From positions 139,017,853 to 139,081,852 of the forward strand of contig NC_068982.1 in the NCBI RefSeq assembly GCF_001194135.2: 64,000 nucleotides of DNA, read 5' to 3'. The position numbers were made by a program, and so were the translations under genes. The notes beneath the pieces were generated by a model. It had not been told where the DNA came from, did not search any database, and saw nothing but the letters and a program-made list of their open reading frames with translations. This document shows positions 26,130-38,312 of this stretch, in pieces. This DNA is from Octopus bimaculoides. Lineage: Eukaryota. Positions within the stretch are counted from its first letter, which is position 1. Every line of letters begins with the position of its first letter.

Positions 26130-26285
26130 GCGGTCACTTGTCAACCTTAACCACCTTCGACTGGTTTCAGCTGCTACGCCTATCGACCCTTAAAGGATGA
26201 AAAGTGAAGTAGTCCTCTGTGCGATTTGAAATCAGAACATAAAAAGCCATAAGACATATCGCAAGACATTTTGTCCTTTGTCTAC
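26130..26285 (-). mobile_element. SINE family A, old degenerate copy
   Basis: TATCGACCCTTAAAGGATGAAAAG...GATTTGAAATCAGAAC. Confidence 0.6.
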
Positions 26286-26804
26286 GAATTCAGTAAACTC
26301 ATTTCTGTTTTAATAAAATTTTCCGTATGAACAACATGACAAATTGAATTTACAATTAAATGTTTTACATATTTTTTATGGCCGTTCTACATATTGACTT
26401 ACAATGAAAATTTTTTCCTATCTTATTTTCTTATGTTTTAAATAAATTTTCACCATTAGTTTCAGTTGTCTCTTGCGTTAGGTTATTCATAATTACCATT
26501 CCTTTTGTTCAAGTGTAACAAGTGAGATATCTACTTTATGAACCGTCTCTTTGGCATTCTTTCACATTTGTTTATATGTTTATGATCAATAACCTTTGAT
26601 GTTACATTTTCCGCTCCTCCATCAGTTTTCTATTAATACTTTTCAAGTTGTTCCAACATGTTTCAATATTTCATTTGCAACAAATTGGGTTCTGGTTTGC
26701 TCAGACTAATATTAGATTTTTTTTTTGTAATACCCGAGGGTTCTCGCAATTGTTATTTAGAATGTTTTTGCTCTGATATAGGAATATACACATATATATC
26801 TGTG

Positions 26805-26895
26805 TGTGTGCATGTATGTATGTATGTATGTATGTATGTATGTATGTATGTATGCATGCATGTATGTATGTATGTATGTATGCATGTATGTATGT
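26805..26895. repeat. (TATG)n microsatellite
   Basis: Seen directly. Confidence 0.95.
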
Positions 26896-26897
26896 GT

Positions 26898-27318
26898 CCA
26901 AGCAGATGCTATATGGGGAACTTGTGAATGGAAAGAGACCGCGGCAGAAACCAAGGATGCGATTGAAGGACTGTGTCAAGTCCTCATAAAAAGCCCGTGA
27001 AATGCAGGAGACTGACTGGGAGAGGAATGCCTGTCATCGCCAAAAATGGAGGAAGTAGGTTAAGGAGCGGGTCGACATTTTTGAAAAAGCACCTATTCTG
27101 AATGAAGAACTTAAGCGTGCTGCTCGAAAGCACACTGCTGGTATAGTGAATGGGGAAAGGTTGGTTTGTAATGTTTGCAGTCATGTAAGCCGGTCAAGAG
27201 TAGGACTCATTAGCTTCCAACGGAGCCGCAAATGCAAAATATCAGTTGGTCCTAGAGCGCACAATGTTCCTTAAGGTCGGCAATGATCTTCCTCGGTCAC
27301 GAGTGGACGGTCAACAAC
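26898..27318 (+). mobile_element. 5'-truncated RTE-clade LINE 3' end inserted in a (TATG)n tract
   Basis: KQMLYGELVNGKRPRQKPRMRLKDCVKSS*KAREMQETDWERNACHRQKWRK*V...LVCNVCSHVSRSRVGLIS, then a short 3' UTR ending CAACAAC. TATG repeats lie on both sides. Confidence 0.88.
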
Positions 27319-27319
27319 A

Positions 27320-27411
27320 TGTATGCATGTATATATGTATGCATGTATGTATGTACGTATGTATGTATGTATGTATGCATGTACATACGTACGTACGTAT
27401 GTATGACTGTG

Positions 27412-27485
<74 letters not shown>

Positions 27486-27578
27486 GCTAGCTAGCTAGCT
27501 AGCTAGTCTGTCTGTCTATCTGTCTGTCTGTCTGTCTATCTGTCTGTCTACCTGTCTGTCTGTCTGTCTGTCTGACTC

Positions 27579-27666
<88 letters not shown>

Positions 27667-27720
27667 ACTGTCTGTCCGTCTGCCTGTGTGCGTGTGTGTG
27701 TGTATATATATATATATACT
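27320..27720. repeat. Compound tetranucleotide microsatellite (TATG/TATC/TAGC/TGTC)
   Basis: Seen directly. Confidence 0.95.
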
Positions 27721-28233
27721 ATAACTTATATTATAGATTAGCTAACTTACAGATTAGGCGATGTTTGCGTTGACCTCAAAGATGACTTCGAACTTAAGTG
27801 CAGCGTGCCAATGAACTTTCATGCAGTGCAAGAAACATTCGTAAAGCATGAAGAAACAGCAATCAACTAATGCATTTTAAATGTATAATCATGTAATGAT
27901 GAAACATTAAAATTATAATATGCATATTAATAATAATGTAATAATAATAATAATTAAAATTACTGTCTCAATATTCAGAGAATTGCCTTCAGTTCTGATC
28001 AAAATCGCTGCTCTGTTCTCAAGTTTAATGGTTATGTTCCTGTAATTGCGTCCTTTTATCTTTTCAGATTCGGTAAAAAGAATATCAATCCAGGGTATAA
28101 CTTTGACGAAATTGTTAGAAGACGTTCGGGATGGCATACGGCATCCATACTATTTCTGTCTATTCTGAGTTCAATTAATGACCCATCAGGGTCCTTTTAC
28201 TCTTCAGTAATAGGACCTACGATTGACAGATAA

Positions 28234-28672
28234 AATCGGTTTCATATTTTGGCGCAAGGCTAGCAGTTTCAGGGCGGGGTGTAAGTCGATTACAACGACC
28301 TCAGTGCTCAGCTGGTACTTATTTTATTGACCACAAAGGATGAACGGCATAGTCGGCCCCGGCGGAATTTAAACTCAGCACTTAAAGACGGATGAAATGC
28401 CGTTAAGCATTTCGCCCAGCCTGCTCACGATTTTGCCATCCCACCACCTTATATGTGCCTGTATGTTCTTTACTACTCTATGTACAAGGTCCAACATTAT
28501 GTGGGAGGGGCCAGTCGATTAGATCGACGCACTACACAACTAGTACTTAATTTATTGACCCCAAAAACGCTGAATGGTAAAGTCGACATCGGCGGAACTT
28601 GAACTCAGTACGTAAAGACAGATGAAATGCTGTTAAGCATTTCACCCGGCGTGCTAACGATTCTGCCAGCTC
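28234..28672 (-). mobile_element. Two adjacent SINE A copies (28234-28451 and 28465-28672) with different tail variants
   Basis: Both have the reverse core and head (CGATTCTGCCAGCTC). Confidence 0.88.
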
Positions 28673-29952
28673 TTTAACTATTTAGTTATTGATTTCATTG
28701 TATTCCCACTGATGAGTACTGTATCGATCTGTTAGAATAGGAACAAATACGACAATACGAACATGGAATCTACTAAACAGAGGAGTCAAAACGTACTCAA
28801 ATCACACCCTACTTATTTTAAAGGTATAAGCGATGCATTAACTATCCTGCATCAGGAAAACCAGACTTCGATATTCCTTAAATTATTTGATAATTCCTTA
28901 ACTCCTCTAACCCTTGTTAATACATAGTAACTATAAGCAATATGCTCATTAAATGATAAAAATTCAAGCACGAAATATTCATTTAATTTTTGGTTATACA
29001 CCTCAAATTATGGGATTTAATATCTTCGATGAGAAGTGTATTTGATCAAAGTTGGACCTTGTGCTAAGAGACAACAACAACAACAACAAAGATAACAGAA
29101 ACGAAAGCTGTTCACAAGTGTCAAAAGATAGAAATACACATTGCAGTCCTTAATATGCAGCTTTCATTATTACTGCGCATAAATGCACACACTGCGTTGC
29201 ACATATTTTCTTTATTGCCAGTTGCAGATATTATTTCGTACAGTTTTATGTAAGTCGGTTGCTATTTCTAATCACGAAGTAGTCTTCTATAGTTTCACTA
29301 ATTCCTAACCCTCAATACATCAAACGAAGTGTTTAACATGTCTACAAATTCTATTCTGTATTTCCAGATTTTAATACTTCAAATTCTTTATAGGTGATGT
29401 TGAAATATTCCACTGTTGCATCTATTATTGATTTTCATGTAATGTTACCCTGTAATAACTAGAGATAGTTTTATTAGTGAAAAGTCAGTTGTATTGATGT
29501 AAAGAGTGGATTTTCCCTCTCTTACGTTTTGGCAATAAGATATAGAACGCAAAGTGAACCAGAAGCATGAGTATCTGGGATGGATGAACATAACGGAACG
29601 GTTTCAATTTCATTATGATGCCATATTGGAAAGTAGATGTTTTGTGAACAACTTGCACGTGCAAGTGCTACCAGTAGAGAACTCTGCACGACGGAAGCCA
29701 GCAAGTGTATGGGGTCATCAGGAGAGAATGCTCGCCGTTTCGGGGCCTACCTCTCGACGGCATCAATGCGCACCGGCCCTCCTCACTGATATGAGACTTC
29801 GCTTGCCAGATCAAATGGTTATTAAATAAAACTCAATATTCCTCTAGCCATCGCTCATCGTCTCTTTTTAACCAAATCCAGTGACTAGCCTTTTCCGCTG
29901 TAATTTGGATATCGGTCATGGTGGTATTTATTTTACGATGAAAATTTTAAAA

Positions 29953-30045
29953 AATTGGTTTCAAACTTTGGCACTAGGCCAGCAATTTCGAAGGCGAAGA
30001 AGAGTGGATTACGTCGACTCCACCCCCTGGTGGTCAGCTTCTACT
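29953..30045 (-). mobile_element. SINE A tail fragment abutting a gap
   Basis: TTTCAAACTTTGGCACTAGGCCAGCAATTT is the reverse tail. Confidence 0.65.
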
Positions 30046-30427
30046 NNNNNNNNNNNNNNNNNNNNNNNNNNNNNNNNNNNNNNNNNNNNNNNNNNNNNNN
30101 NNNNNNNNNNNNNNNNNNNNNNNNNNNNNNNNNNNNNNNNNNNNNNNNNNNNNNNNNNNNNNNNNNNNNNNNNNNNNNNNNNNNNNNNNNNNNNNNNNNN
30201 NNNNNNNNNNNNNNNNNNNNNNNNNNNNNNNNNNNNNNNNNNNNNNNNNNNNNNNNNNNNNNNNNNNNNNNNNNNNNNNNNNNNNNNNNNNNNNNNNNNN
30301 NNNNNNNNNNNNNNNNNNNNNNNNNNNNNNNNNNNNNNNNNNNNNNNNNNNNNNNNNNNNNNNNNNNNNNNNNNNNNNNNNNNNNNNNNNNNNNNNNNNN
30401 NNNNNNNNNNNNNNNNNNNNNNNNNNN

Positions 30428-30465
<38 letters not shown>

Positions 30466-30488
30466 AATAATAATAATAATAATAATAA

Positions 30489-30665
30489 CAGAAAATTGCA
30501 CTACTGGGTATTGCACACATTCTACGCAAAACACTTTCAATACAGTAAACATAAGAGCACCACAGCAAACCACAGCACATACCCAAGGCGCACAGAGCTG
30601 CGCTCGGTAGTGAAGTGAAAGCACGTTATAAAAATAAAACTACTGAATAATAATAATAATAATAA
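30489..30665 (+). mobile_element. 3' end of an R4/Dong-like (restriction-like endonuclease) non-LTR element with (AAT)n tail
   Basis: QKIALLGIAHILRKTLSIQ* (30489-30548) resembles the QKAxLLGTAxILRKxL terminus of R4/Dong-type ORFs. The 3' UTR ends AAAGCACGTTATAAAAATAAAACTACTG(AAT)n and is preceded by (GAT)(AAT)n. The same tip recurs at 31750. Confidence 0.7.
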
Positions 30666-30669
30666 TATA

Positions 30670-30733
30670 TCTTGATATGAGATCACCATGTCGCGCTCAT
30701 ATGGTTGTGATGTATATGCCTGGTGTACCCTTA
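30670..30733 (+). mobile_element. Fragment of repeat family E
   Basis: CTTGATATGAGATCACCATGTCGCGCTCATATGGTTGTGATG is the reverse complement of about 34940-35005. Confidence 0.8.
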
Positions 30734-30734
30734 T

Positions 30735-31087
30735 AAGACGGACTCGCGGTCGTAGGATCGTGGTTTCGATTCCCAGAACGGGCGTTGTGAGTGTTTACTG
30801 AACGAAAACACCTAAAGCTCCACAAGGCTCCAGCAGAGGATGGTGCCGAACCCTGCCGTACTCTTTCACCACAACTTTCTCTCACTATTTCTTCTTCTTT
30901 CTCTTGTACCTGTATTTCAAAGGGCCAGCCTTGTCACACTCTGTGTCACGCTGAATCTTCCCGAGAAATACGTTAAGGGTACACGTGTCTGTGGAGTGCT
31001 CAGCCACTTGCACGGTAATTTCACATGCAGGCTGTTCCGTTGAACAGATCAACTGGAACCCTCGCCGTCGCAACCGACGGAGTGTCA
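30735..31087 (+). mobile_element. SINE family C (tRNA-like head clipped, full body)
   Basis: B-box GGTTTCGATTCCC. The 3' end GCTGTTCCGTTGAACAGATCAACTGGAACCCTCGCCGTCGCAACCGACGGAGTGTCA is shared with 23441 and 36911. Confidence 0.85.
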
Positions 31088-31749
31088 CGTATATAGTTTG
31101 ATATTTGATAGTATACATGTTACATGGAATTCATAAATATAATTTTGAATTGATTGTATTTTAGGCTTGATTATTGCTAAACATCAGTTTCCATCATTCA
31201 TATTGAATTACCTGATGTGTTTCAGGGATGCGGACATAATTTGGTGTGTAACTAGCATGAATATTTGGCAAGTTTATCGATGACGCATAAAGATATAAAG
31301 CGAAATCTGTGGAAATGGAAATGACAAAGTAAGATTAAGATCGCCCTAGGTACAACAATCATATTTAATATCTTCCGCCTGAAAATAAGCATGAACATCA
31401 TATTTGGATATCTCATATATTCACATAATTAGCAAATATCTCAGATCCTATGGTATGTTGCTTGATAAAGAATGTTATTAAAATTTACCTAGTCATGGGC
31501 GGAAAGCCTTCCTCGGATTTTCCTAGCCTGGTGATGAGAAGTGAGAAGATATCTTCCGACCAATTCCCTGACAAGTGTACATGCAATTGAACGCATTCTT
31601 GTAAAAATTACAGTGTCACGTAGTGTTTCATTGAGGTTTTAGAAATAGCAGTTAAATAAATTAGTATGCAAGAACAGTTACATTCCCTTTCATGTGCTTC
31701 CGTATATGCTTCGTCTAGCGTATTTTCCTCTCAAAGGCTTTAGTCGACC

Positions 31750-31777
31750 AAAGCACGTTATAAAAATAAAACTACTC

Positions 31778-31830
<53 letters not shown>

Positions 31831-31979
31831 CAACAACATCGAAAAATAATTTAGGAATGAGAATCTAGGTTCGAAATTTCCCCAAGACACTTGATGAAGG
31901 CTGGAGGGTATATATATGCCGAAACATTGTGTTAACAACAAACAAGATATGGACAAATATCCGTCAAATGTAAATAATG
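31750..31979 (+). mobile_element. R4/Dong-like 3' tip (31750-31830) followed by a hammerhead-bearing module (31838-31979)
   Basis: AAAGCACGTTATAAAAATAAAACTACTC(AAT)n, then ATCGAAAAATAATTTAGGAATGAG...GACACTTGATGAAGGC...GCCGAAACATTGTGTT...CCGTCAAATGTAAATAATG. Confidence 0.85.
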
Positions 31980-33732
31980 CTGAATAATGTTTGTTTTATC
32001 TATATTTGATTATTTATTTTCTGGTTCATGAATAAAAGCATAACTCATTTGACTGGGTACAAAGAATCCCGAAAACATTGGCTACTGAACCGAAATCAAC
32101 TTTTGGTAAACAGCAACTGCAAATCGAACTTGGCTTGAAAAGTCTTCACGAAATAAACCATCATCTCATCGAAAGCTGACCCACAGTTTTCTCGTAATTT
32201 GATGGTATTTCTGAGATATGCTTACGTAAGGTAACGCCATATAGATTCTCAATCATGAATAAAATAAGTTGAAAGAATAAAACTTTCACTAAATAGACAA
32301 ATTTGCAGGCGGACGACGTACATGGAAATTGGTTGGATGTCTTTCGTTTAATGTTGATATTAATCAGAGTGTTAGACATAATTAGTAAGTAACGCAAGAA
32401 CTGTCATCGGCTAGCAATATTCATATCAATGTCTCTCACTTGCTTCTCAGTTCATAGACACCCCCTCCTCCTCTCCCGTGTCACAGATCGATATCTTAAT
32501 TAAAAAAGATGTCTGTCAAGTTCACTGAAGCTTCATGCTGTTTGCAAAGCTAATCGCTAGCACCGAATCACTGGACTAAAATGGAATGGACATTTCTAAT
32601 TATCTTCATTGAGAGTTAACAGTACATTTGTTATTGCTAAAATCTGCTCTGCAATTTCGCAAGTTTACCATAACTACGAAGTGGCCTTTCAGTCACAGTG
32701 AATTGTATCGTGTTATCTTTTCATCCGTGTGATCGTATAATCCGTAGAGACAAGCTTAATTCGAGACACATGTAGACACATTCAACGAATTACAGAAATG
32801 CAGGAAGTCAATTATATTTACGAAATCTGACAGCTATAGGAATTGGTGCAGATATACTTACTCTGAGAAACAGTGGCATAATTATAAAACCGAGCAAATA
32901 TTCATTGGAAGTATTTCTTTCAACTGTTTAGATAGAGTTTGTAGTTAGAAATGAGACAATATGTATATTGTCAGGTAGTGGAAACGTTGCAGAAATTGGT
33001 AACTGTTTTATCTGGTAATATTCTTAAATAAACACATTAGTTGTCACCAGACCTAAATTATTGCTTGGAAGTTTGAAGCTAAGAGACGTTCTCGGCGTTT
33101 CTCTGGATATAATATCTCGCCTGGTGTATATAAGTTGGAAATGGTTTGGTCGTCCGTGAGGAAACCCCGGTTGTGGTATTTGAGCAGCGTTGCTCAGGAA
33201 ATAGTACAACATGCCCTGAGTAGAGTTCAAACATTTGACTGTGAATGTTTCCGTATCGACCATTTATCTTGATGTCCCTAAATTTAGAAGAATTGGTAAA
33301 TGCTGTCTCTACGTAGAAATAAAGTTGGAAAACTGAAAGAACTAAATAATTACACTCGTTTTAATCTAGTGGCTGAAGTAATGGTGGTCTATCATTTGCT
33401 TTTTCTCGAACCTAAGGCATAAACTATTTAAATAAGACCTACGCATCTGTGAAATTCGGGTTTAGCACCTGTGAAATAATACTGTCGTGCTAGCTATGGC
33501 TGTCATTCATATTAGAATATAAATTTCCTGCATTGTCACGGCAATCTTTTAACTAAAGATCCAAGTAATGGCCTGTTGGCATAAATACGGTTATAATTTT
33601 CAATAATTTACATTCTCAAGTCAGATTGTGATGTACACAATGTATCCATGAAAAGAAAATTTCCCGCCTTCTTACTATTTGTGTTATATCGACAACTGAT
33701 TCTTTTATGTGTGGTACACTGAGTCGCGGAAG

Positions 33733-33928
33733 AGGTGCGTGGCTTAGTGGTTAGCGTACTGGAATCATGATCTTAAGAATGTCTTTCCGATTCCTGGACA
33801 AGCCGACGCGTTGTGTTAGCTGGAGAAAATGAGTAACCTTGCGACGGAGCGGGGTCCTGTCAAGGTGGGGGATATGTACTCCATAGAAAGCGGGAAACTG
33901 GCCCTCATTAGCCTGGGCTGACTCGAGA
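33733..33928 (+). mobile_element. SINE family D, internally deleted
   Basis: GTGCGTGGCTTAGTGGTTAG A-box and CGATTCCTGGAC B-box region match 41560. Confidence 0.75.
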
Positions 33929-34215
33929 AAGAAACATTTTTTTTTATTGAGTGGTGATAATGTAAAGTCTTTGTTAAAACTAATATCCATTTGTATTTTA
34001 CAGTATACAAGAATTATTGTTATATAATATTGAGAGCAGTTGTGTGGCCACGCTCTAATCCCGACCGAACAAATCCATGCAAGAAAGCGGTATAGACATG
34101 AGCGACCAGATTTAGTTTGAACAGAATTTCTTGAGCTAAAATATATAATGTGTACGTCTTTTCTCCTGACGGCAGAATGTGATTTTAGGAAGGATGGACT
34201 ACTATATCTATCAAG

Positions 34216-34264
34216 TCAAGCAATTACATAATTACTTCATCAAGCAATTACATAATTACTTCAT
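34216..34264. repeat. 24-bp direct tandem duplication AAGCAATTACATAATTACTTCATC x2
   Basis: Seen directly. Confidence 0.9.
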
Positions 34265-34846
34265 CGTTTGATGAAAATATATAAAAAAAATACACTTCCT
34301 TGAGTCAAGCTTTATAAACAAGGTTTTTGTGGTCAGTCAGTATTGGTCAGTTACTGCTATAGTGCATCGGAGTGAATTTCTACCGGCAAAATCTAAGATA
34401 CACATCCTTTTTTTGTATCTGTTCGAAAGAACCATGCTCTGTGATTCATATCTTTACTGCATCCCTTTCGAGATCCCTTGATGTAATAGAAATATGTTTA
34501 AAAACCTGAAAAACGACTTAATTTTTCCAACAAATTACGATGTAGAAATAACACAAATACTAAAATATTACCTAGCCGCAGCACAATTGCTTTAAGTTAT
34601 GTTGGCATTATATTGAATACTTGGTGCATTTAAAAAAATTAATCTCTGCAGTTTTACTGTGGTTTGATAGATGTAGGGAAAAATATACTAAACCAGTACA
34701 CCTGGGTAGTCAACGTTGACGGAATTTATAAGAAGATATTTTCCGAATCATTTGTTCACTTGATGAAGAACACCATCTTCCTCTAAGCCCATAACAATGA
34801 AAATGAGATATTTGATGCATGGGTTTTGATGTACAAGAATTCTATT

Positions 34847-35396
34847 TTTATTATTATTATTATTGAGTGAGAGAGCAGTGCATACCATCAAAGTGACACT
34901 GCGGTACAAATATTTGAAGCCCTGTATAACCATCATGCCTGATAAGAGTACACCAGGTACATGTATCACAACCATATGTGCGCGACACGGTGATCTCATA
35001 TCAAGATAAATAGCGAATGACCTCGCAGGTGGGACCAAGTCAGAATTTTCATCAGGTCGAGTGGCCCATCTCACTCAAAATGTCCCTGAATAAGAGTTGT
35101 TCAAGGATGCAGAAAGAAAACCCAAGTTTCCAAAGGCGAATTTTCCAAACCCCAAAGAAATTCAACACATGGCTATGATGCTCCCCCACTATTTCTTCTC
35201 GTGTTCAGAGATGCACAAATCACCAGCCCCCAAGGGACATACTCAACTGGTTACGGTCAAGCAACTAACAAGTAAATCTGTGGTATTGAGCAGAATATTT
35301 GCTGTAACCTATCTTTTATACCAAGACAAAACGATGTTCATGATAACACTTCCAATCAATTAAGATCAGAATCCATGACAGTCACAGCCTGGCACT
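34847..35396 (-). mobile_element. Repeat family E: about 550-bp non-coding retroelement-like unit with (AAT)n 3' tail
   Basis: It begins after an (AAT)n tract and ends in (AAT)n on the minus strand. A partial second copy lies at 30670-30733. Confidence 0.65.
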
Positions 35397-35397
35397 G

Positions 35398-35399
35398 CA

Positions 35400-35473
<74 letters not shown>

Positions 35474-35551
35474 GTCAGGTCACCGCGTTGGATCAAACTC
35501 GGAATCTTGGGGTTAGTCGCCCGTACCCTTAAACACAACGCCATATGCCCG
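35398..35551 (-). mobile_element. Short tRNA-like head (35476-35551) plus (AAT)n
   Basis: Minus strand CGGGCATATGGCGTTGTGTTTAAG...CTAACCCCAAGATTCCGAGTTTGATCC...GTGACCTG(A/AAT)n is the same head as about 42995-43070. Confidence 0.85.
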
Positions 35552-36910
35552 TGGGAATGTTCTATTCTTTTTAGCAAATATATTTCGGCTAGGTTTAGTT
35601 CCTTGCTGTTGATATGGAAACATCACAAACAAGAATATTGATGGTCATTAGAAGGAAGTACATTTTAATCGAATATGCACATTAGTACGTTGAATCCCTC
35701 GATCTTGGCGTGTGTCTGTCGGAAACATAATGGAATCCGGTTGATCCATGGAGTGATGAAGTAATGATGGTCATCCGGTGAGGTGAAATAAACATCAGAA
35801 ATATTTTGACCTATGCTGAAACTGCAATCTCTTCTACATCCATTGCAGTGCTGGTGACCCTTTCATGTCATCCGTAGGCATCTCAGGGTCACAAGCCTGT
35901 ACACTTCATCTGAGAGGGACAACAAGGACTGAACGAGCAAGAAATGATCTAGTGGAAGGGTTTTACTTGCGATCTCTTCTCGACCACCAACACCACAAGG
36001 TACTTTCAGCTCTTTCATGGAATTTTGCAATTGTTTGCGTTCTAGATCTATCGTCTACAGGAAACAGCGCATCGAGGCAGCTGGAAAGCCGCGGCAGGTG
36101 ATTTCAATGGGAAATGAGACCCTGCGGTCCCTTGTCAAGAGCCTTGTAGACTAAGTCCTGATATTTCGTTTTCTTTACCTGGTGGTGAACATCGAGGCAC
36201 TATGATAGTGTATCTTCCTGGAGAGCAGGAATATGTTATGTCCGAAGTAATGTTTCCACTATTTCGTCTGGAAAGGTAAATCTGCCTTCCAGATCTACAT
36301 ATATCTCTCACTCAGTGGTTCAACGTAAACTACAGTACGGACCCCCTTTCACTGGTTTTGCTTGTGAGCCTTATCGCCTTCCCTAATAAATTTGAACCCT
36401 TTAGTGGTGGAAGCTGGTGTTTACTAGCCTGCTCCCTTTGCAGATCAGTTCACTTAGCAATTCCTGAAGGGGCCTTTTCACGTCACAACTGGGCTTTCTC
36501 CCTGGGCCCTAGCATATTCAGTCAAAATGTTTATCATAATGTATTCTATAGAATACATTATGATAAACATTTTTATATTATATAAATTTTACATTAGAAG
36601 TAATGAATGAACCTATGATGGTGTTAAATTTATCAGCCATTTATTGAGTCAGTTTATATTAAACTAGTTTGCATTAAATGATTTATGTTGTTATATTAGC
36701 CGGCCATCATCAATTATTCAATTGTTATTTTCATTAATACTTAATTACTTATTCTCGGGAATTAATTTAGAAATATTTACAAATTAAGAGTCGATCTGAC
36801 AATAATTTGTTTAAATAACCGTTACACGATTTTCACCTAACTTTATGAGACGACATTTATGTTTTTATTTGTCCAGCTGGTAGTAGATATTTGCACGAGT
36901 AATATTACTA

Positions 36911-37022
36911 CGGCACTCCGTCGCTTACGACGACGAGGATTCCAGTTGATCCAATCAACGGAACAGACTGATCGTGAAATTAACGTGCAAGTGGCTGAGC
37001 ACTCCACAGATAAGTGTACCTT
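36911..37022 (-). mobile_element. SINE family C, 3' fragment
   Basis: CGGCACTCCGTCGCTTACGACGACGAGGATTCCAGTTGATCCAATCAACGGAAC. Confidence 0.85.
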
Positions 37023-37409
37023 TCTCTGAGGCGTTAGCCATTACAATTTATCCTGGCCTAACGGACCTTAATGTTTGTCTTCGTCGATTGTTTACTTTGT
37101 TCGTCCTCTCTGAGAGGGCGTTGTTTGTTCGTTCGAAGACCTAACTCTCCACAAATTTTATATTTTAAAAATGTGTGGAGAAAAATGTCTTATGAAGTTC
37201 TTTTATGTCATTAAAAGCACAAAATAGCTAGTAGTAAAACAGTCAACAACTTCGAGTCATCTTCTTTTGGTATCTTTTCTTGTACTTATCTCTCGTGTGT
37301 TTACGTAATTTCCAGTCGTTGGTGATGTCCAGTACTTAATGTGTATTTTTTATTTATTAAAAATTTTTTAATCAAACGCCATGCAGTCTTGTCGACAGTA
37401 ATTTCTTAC

Positions 37410-37412
<3 letters not shown>

Positions 37413-37472
<60 letters not shown>

Positions 37473-37604
37473 TACATACGTGTCTGAAAGTTTATTTACA
37501 CATATACACAAACACACACATATCCATGTCTCCTTCTGTGACTGAACCGGGAAACATGCCATGTGGTCGGGAAGCAAGCTTTTTACCACATAGCCAGGTT
37601 GCAC

Positions 37605-37694
<90 letters not shown>

Positions 37695-37700
37695 GTATGT
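37413..37700. repeat. (CA)n and (TATC)n microsatellites flanking a minus-strand SINE B head (37528-37606)
   Basis: GACTGAACCGGGAAACATGCCATGTGGTCGGGAAGCAAGCTTTTTACCACATAGCCA is the reverse B head. Confidence 0.8.
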
Positions 37701-38250
37701 GTGTGTGTGTTTACATATATATGTCTGATTTTATATATGTATATGTATGTATGTACACCCATATATATATATACATAGACATACACACACATACATATAG
37801 AAATGCACACACATATGTATATACATATTTATACACATGTATCAAATGCCCTACTTTTTCATGCTGGAAACACTCGGAAAACTAAGATGTGTCATAAACC
37901 ATTGATTTTTACCACTCTTTACCACTCTATAGTCAAGTCTACGTAATCAACTTTCTTCATCTCGTGCTAAACTTAAATCGAGTCAGTTCCAATCAAGATT
38001 GAATAAATTTCGTTATAGATCCAACTCGACAACTATAATGTTTTGTGGCGGATATTAAAAAAACAAAAACGAAACAGAAACAAAACACATTAACAAACCC
38101 TCATCAATTTTTAAAATTCGCCTCAAGCCGTTCTTGCTATTCAAGTTTTAGCATTCATCAGACATTCCCCCTCCTTATATACACACACACACACAATCAC
38201 AATCTATCTATGTATCTATCCATGCACACACTCACAAACATATATACTAA

Positions 38251-38312
<62 letters not shown>

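Noticed and set aside
27913-28137. LINE RT motif NYRNITI in a minus-strand ORF
   Set aside because: Only one short motif matches and no flanking RT motifs are present.
29700-29790. Canonical hammerhead (type I or II) on the minus strand
   Set aside because: Stem II cannot pair in the type II order, and no NUH plus stem I can be assembled. Kept only as an unexplained block.
31025-31087. Ribozyme at the SINE C 3' end
   Set aside because: Two hairpins are present but there is no CUGANGA or HDV-like core. It is more simply a LINE-recognition tail.
32308-32390. Ion-channel-like peptide ADDVHGNWLDVFRLMLILIRVLDII
   Set aside because: It is short, the acceptor is weak, and its phase is incompatible with the adjacent candidate exon. 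Chance similarity is likely.
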